In this document: positions 30,079-32,000 of the stretch, piece by piece | How the letters are laid out: every line of letters starts with the position of its first letter | Numbering within the stretch: the first letter of the stretch is position 1 | From: Prochlorococcus marinus str. NATL2A | Lineage (GTDB): Bacteria > Cyanobacteriota > Cyanobacteriia > PCC-6307 > Cyanobiaceae | DNA: 32,000 nt | Assembly (NCBI RefSeq): GCF_000012465.1 | Contig: NC_007335.2 | Span: forward strand, 360,001 to 392,000 | Direction of reading: 5' to 3' | The notes under the pieces: generated by a model | What the model was told of the DNA's origin: nothing | The model's input: only the letters and a program-made list of their open reading frames with translations | Database searches by the model: none | Position numbers and translations under genes: made by a program

Positions 30079-30516
30079 ATGGATCTTTTACTTATTAATG
30101 GTCCAAATTTAAATCTTGTTGGGAAAAGGGAACCATCCATATATGGATCCCAAACTTTAGAAGACATTCAAGCAGAATTATTGACTTTAGCTAGTGAACT
30201 TGATGCAAAGCTCAAATTCTTTCAGAGTAATTCAGAGGGCGAGATGATTGATTGCATTCAAAAAAGTGTTGGCTCCATTGACGGAATATTGATTAATGCA
30301 GGCGCATATACACATACCTCTATTGCTCTTAGAGATGCTTTATTAGGAGTTGCTATTCCTTACGTTGAAGTACATTTAAGTAATATCTATTCCAGGGAAG
30401 AATTTCGCCATAAATCATTCCTTTCAGATAAAGCATTGGGTTTGGTTTGTGGCTTTGGAGCGAATAGTTATCAACTTGCTTTAGAGGGGATAGTTTCTTA
30501 TTTAAAGCGAGTCTGA
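30079..30516 (+). CDS. aroQ: 3-dehydroquinate dehydratase, type II
   Basis: [20 protein letters not shown] and [16 protein letters not shown]...EVHLSNI are canonical AroQ motifs. Confidence 0.95.
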
Positions 30517-30523
30517 GAAGTTT

Positions 30524-31138
30524 ATGAATAATTCAAAATCTCAAGTTGCAGGGCCATCAAAGATTCGCTGGCTAATAAATAAAACTTCTGAAGATTGGAT
30601 AGATCTTGCAATTTCTAACCCGATGGAAATTCTTTTGGATCATGCACATTGTGAAAGGAAGGCTGCTGGAGTGGCTCTACAACTTATGTTTCGTTATGTC
30701 AGTGAACCTGGGCTTTCAGAGGTACTGAGCCCATTAGCGCGAGAGGAACTTGAACATTTTGAGAGAGTTTTATCTATTTTAAATGCTCGTGGACAAAAAC
30801 TTCAAAAATTAGCCTCACCTCCCTATGGATTGACTCTGGCAAAAAATATTTGCAAAGATGAACCATTGCGAATGTTGGATAGCTTTCTTGTCGCCGGACT
30901 TATTGAGGCAAGGAGTCATGAAAGAATGAAATTGTTGTCTATACATTCCCCTGATGTAGAACTTCGTGATTTATACGCCGACTTACTCAAAAGCGAGGCT
31001 AGGCATTTTGGAATTTATTGGAAGTTGGCAGATGAACGCTTTGAAAGAAATCTTCTTACCTCTAGGCTAGAAGAATTAGCTAAGGTTGAATCTGATGCTT
31101 TATTGGAAATGCATCATCAGCCAAGGATGCATAGTTAA
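30524..31138 (+). CDS. miaE: tRNA-(ms2io6A)-hydroxylase (MiaE family, di-iron)
   Basis: LLDHAHCERKAAG, EELEHFERV, LIEARSHERM and SEARHF form ferritin-like di-iron ligand motifs as in MiaE. Confidence 0.8.
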   Translation: MNNSKSQVAGPSKIRWLINKTSEDWIDLAISNPMEILLDHAHCERKAAGVALQLMFRYVSEPGLSEVLSPLAREELEHFERVLSILNARGQKLQKLASPPYGLTLAKNICKDEPLRMLDSFLVAGLIEARSHERMKLLSIHSPDVELRDLYADLLKSEARHFGIYWKLADERFERNLLTSRLEELAKVESDALLEMHHQPRMHS

Positions 31139-31174
31139 TTATCTCTTTTAAGTAGACAGAAGTTATCCAATCAA

Positions 31175-31903
31175 ATGAAAGTTTTGACTATTGCTGGCGT
31201 AGGACCAGGTGATCCTTCTTTGTTAACTTTGGCAGCAGTTGAGGCCATTCGAGAATCAACAGTTGTTTCTTATCCAGTCTCTACTAGAGGAGGAGATAGT
31301 CTTGCTGAAAAAATTGCTTCAAAATGGATAACCAAAGATAAAAAAAAATTACCTTTATACTTTCCCATGGTTGACGATCAGAACACTTTAAAAAGTGCAT
31401 GGCGAGTTGCCGGGAATGATTTAATGAAGATGGTTGACAAAGGTGAAAGAGTTGTTTTTCTTGCTCAAGGAGATATCTCGCTTTTCTCGACAGGTTCTTA
31501 TCTTTCAAAGGAGTTAGAAAAATATCATCCAGAGTGCGTTGTTAAATTAATTCCAGGTGTGACATCTTTTTCTGCCGCCGCTGCGAAAAGTAAATTACCA
31601 CTTGCTTTTCAAGAGGAAGAATTACTTGTCTTACCTGTCCCAGACTCATATGACGAGCTGAAGTCTATTTTGTCTGATGCAGCGTCAAAGAAAAGGGTAG
31701 TTGTTTTGCTCAAGCTTGGTAAAAAATGGGAATGGGTCAAACTTTTGCTTGAAGAACTTGATCTAATAAAAATTTCTATATTTGCAGAAAGAATAGGATT
31801 TTCAGATCAACAAATACTTAGGGCATCTGATCTGCCCTCAGGGACTAGGCCATATTTTTCTTTACTGTTGATTCGACAAAGTTGGCCTTTGACAATGCCC
31901 TAA
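31175..31903 (+). CDS. cobI: Precorrin-2 C20-methyltransferase (CobI/CbiL)
   Basis: N-terminal GVGPGDPSLLTLAAVEAI, plus VVFLAQGDISLFST and IPGVTSF, as in class III tetrapyrrole methylases. Length 242 aa. Confidence 0.85.
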   Translation: MKVLTIAGVGPGDPSLLTLAAVEAIRESTVVSYPVSTRGGDSLAEKIASKWITKDKKKLPLYFPMVDDQNTLKSAWRVAGNDLMKMVDKGERVVFLAQGDISLFSTGSYLSKELEKYHPECVVKLIPGVTSFSAAAAKSKLPLAFQEEELLVLPVPDSYDELKSILSDAASKKRVVVLLKLGKKWEWVKLLLEELDLIKISIFAERIGFSDQQILRASDLPSGTRPYFSLLLIRQSWPLTMP

Positions 31904-31909
31904 AACTTT

Positions 31910-32000
31910 TTAGTTGAATTTAAGCAGTTCGTCTTCCAGTAGTTTAATTGCGTCGTTTGGAGTGCGTGCTCTAACTAATTTATGGCGAAGATTAGACGCA
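31910..32000 (-). CDS. 3' end of an unidentified minus-strand gene (partial, runs off the window)
   Basis: The open frame ...ASNLRHKLVRARTPNDAIKLLEDELLKFN ends with stop TAA (complement of 31910-31912). Only 29 codons are visible. Confidence 0.35.
   Translation of the reverse strand, partial: ASNLRHKLVRARTPNDAIKLLEDELLKFN

Overview
This is an AT-rich picocyanobacterial chromosome segment. By gene content and 16S sequence it most resembles a high-light-adapted Prochlorococcus; this is an inference from memory and needs BLAST confirmation. Positions 1-20.7 kb are core genome: psbM, a hotdog thioesterase, prmC, tsaC, tRNA-Thr(UGU), minCDE, an HD hydrolase, ctpA, petBD, a GH100 invertase, one complete rrn operon (16S, tRNA-Ile, tRNA-Ala, 23S, 5S), mutM, psaE, a LysM protein and an aldehyde dehydrogenase. 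Positions 30-32 kb are core again (aroQ, miaE, cobI). Between them, from about 20.7 to 29.8 kb and ending at a tRNA-Thr(GGU)/tRNA-Tyr pair, lies a hypervariable island-like segment. It has no integrase. It is packed with small ORFs and a five-gene overlapping hli array. It also carries two Yfr2-family sRNAs and two hairpin sRNAs whose loops present the Yfr1 signature CUCCUCA(C/U)AC. There is an orphan promoter-terminator unit, and a TPR/GT9 glycosyltransferase-like gene with internal tandem repeats. A 15-nt copy of the tRNA-Thr 3' end sits 2.5 kb from the tRNA, consistent with an integration scar. The most interesting signal is the island-borne RNA regulatory module. The CUCCUCA-loop sRNAs are perfectly complementary (11 nt) to the 5' end of the adjacent Yfr2 copies. 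Their 7-nt complement AGGAGTT clusters three times inside a nearby small-ORF locus with unusually strong Shine-Dalgarno sites. No CRISPR array, transposase or recognisable defence gene was seen.
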